Positions 53,898 through 55,679 of a stretch of 55,679 nt of DNA are shown here, piece after piece. Both the position numbers and the translations under genes were made by a program. Every line of letters begins with the position of its first letter. Position 1 is the first letter of the stretch. The stretch comes from Chromera velia (lineage: Eukaryota): assembly GCA_018398765.1 (NCBI GenBank), contig JAHBMJ010000144.1:1-55679 (forward strand), in the 5' to 3' direction. The notes beneath the pieces are model-generated. The model ran no database searches and was not told the origin of the DNA. It was given only the letters and a program-made list of their open reading frames with translations.

Positions 53898-54082
53898 ACT
53901 AAATTCCACACTTTGTGAAGCTTTATTTCTTAAGATCTAGAAAGAGTTAATTAGGAGCTTAAATTAGCATTGCTTAGAGAGCTTTATAAAATTTAAAAGC
54001 ACTGCTTATTTGAGCTCCCAACTCTTTCTAGATTGCGAAAAATCTAGCGAGAAATAAGCTTTCAAATTTTATGGAATTTAGT
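53898..54082. mobile_element. Degenerate foldback/inverted-repeat element
   Basis: actaaattcca...aagctttatttct...tctagaaagagtt...ggagct pairs with agctcc...aactctttctaga...agaaataagctt...tggaatttagt. Confidence 0.65.
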
Positions 54083-54890
54083 GGAAGCTAGATGAGTAGA
54101 TTCCACGGTAAATTCCACTAAAATCCATTAAATCCCCGGGGAATTCAACCCAGTTTTATAGGGTATAGGTGCTAGCTAGGGTATATAGGTAGAATAAAAA
54201 AAAATGTGTATCAAAACACGCTCTGCTGCATTAATCTCTGCATTGACACAGGAGACCAATCCTCCGGGCACTAGTCCAGAAACCCATCAGAAGAGAGAGC
54301 TTTTTCTTTTACTAGCACTGGCCCACTACTTTAAAGGATGATATATGCTATACTTTATAATAATAATATTCTAAGCATAAAGGGAACACCTGCATGCATT
54401 TTATCTCGAAGCCCCTCTTTTGATCTTCTTTTTAAGTCTGTATATATTTACTAAGAAACTTTGCTCTTATATATATGAAGAATATTACTGGAAAATTATG
54501 GTGTCTGAGCTGTATGCAGAACACTGACACAGCTTGACAGTTACTGCTTCAAGTTTACACTGTATTATCATCATCATACGCCAACGCACTGATAACTCTA
54601 TATGTATTATTGATTGAAAAAAAAAAGTTTGCACTGCTCCCATAAAAACATGAAATATAACAGTGGATGTTTCTGTCCCGGGTGACTATGCCCCGAACAT
54701 GCAACTAGAACTAGAACTAGAAATCAATATGATTCCGTTGTTAATTGGCATAATAATTGCAATTTGTGTGAGAACAGCTGTCTTTCCGACTCGTTTATAT
54801 ACATGATAAAAAAGAAAAGGTCTTTTCACGGTGAATTTACGTAAATATAATCGATTGATCGATCGATCCTGTTGGATGCCTGGTAGTTAG

Positions 54891-55679
54891 TAGTGCTAGG
54901 AAAAGGTTCAAGGTTCAAGGTTCAAGGTTCAAGGTTCAAGGTTTACTTCGAAGTAATGAACCTGAATCAGGTTCAAAAACAGGTTCACTTTTAATTAATA
55001 GAAACCTCATTTTTTCATGTTATTTTATGCCTTTAAATTAGGCTTTAATACATTTTTAGAACGTTTTATTATAGAATCTATGCCTTAGTAGTGTTTTTAA
55101 ATAGTTTAAATCAATATTTATGCTCATATTAGGTGCTAGTCTCAAGTTATTCACTGTTTATAGTCGGAAATTAGCAATCAAAAAAGCCTGAAAAAATTGG
55201 AAAATGCCATAATTAAATTTATATGATCGTATCAATCATGACAATTTAGTCAACATAAGACCGTCACAGCGTTTCTTTCTTTCTTTCATCTGCTCACCAG
55301 AGGCCCCGCGGCCCCCGCTCCCCCCCTCCCTCTCCGTACACCGCCGCCTCTTTGACCTGCTGCTCCCGGCTCGGCCTGTTGCCCCCCCCCCTACAACCGT
55401 TTTCACTTCTGCAACCGTCAGCATGAGTTTTCATGCTGACATATGATGCTGACATATGCTGACATACGTTTGTCCGACATAATAGATTAAACCGGCTGGG
55501 GACAGTTGCTGTGCGCACGGCTCCGGCTCCTTATTTCACCTATATGGGCCACGGGCAGCGCGGGCCTGGCCGGCCTTGTGCCAGTGGCCGCGCGTCTAGC
55601 CCTAGGTCTGGCCTTCAAAACAGGTTCAACAGGTTCAAAACAGGTTCAACAGGTTCACTTTTTCAGATTTGAACCTTTT
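54891..55679. mobile_element. Probable non-autonomous TIR (hAT-like) element truncated by the window end
   Basis: Starts TAGTGCTAGGAAAAGGTTCAA followed by tandem GGTTCAA repeats. The window ends in TTGAACCTTTT, the reverse complement of AAAAGGTTCAA. Subterminal caggttcaaaa(a)cagg...ttcactttt repeats occur near both ends. Confidence 0.55.

Noticed and set aside
54905..54945. Telomeric repeat
   Set aside because: (GGTTCAA)n is short, internal and unlike TTTAGGG/TTAGGG. It is better explained as a transposon subterminal repeat.

Overview
Eukaryotic, intron-rich protist DNA: GT-AG introns packed with microsatellites, and genes separated by AT-rich blocks carrying small inverted-repeat elements. 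The style and the TGCATGCA motifs suggest a chromerid/alveolate such as Chromera velia, which is inference only. Hand-spliced genes: the last exon of a LOG-family phosphoribohydrolase; a small secreted 8-Cys protein; two tandem paralogous CCCH zinc-finger genes, one with a 72-bp/24-aa repeat tail and a probable GC-AG intron; a large WD40/ankyrin-like TRP-type channel head-to-head with a 13-exon POP-type organellar family A DNA polymerase; an intronless RING/TRAF-like + beta-propeller protein; a decayed gene with PPR-like/RRM-like segments; and a CDKL-like kinase. The kinase is flanked by diverged direct repeats and preceded by a copied fragment of the channel gene. Non-coding features: a MITE with an 8-bp TSD, two foldback elements, a probable TIR element cut by the window end, a dispersed ~400-bp repeat, a 77-bp tandem array and a candidate minus-strand structured RNA. 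No CRISPR, rRNA or intact tRNA was seen. Most ORFs in the supplied track are artefacts of microsatellites or antisense frames.
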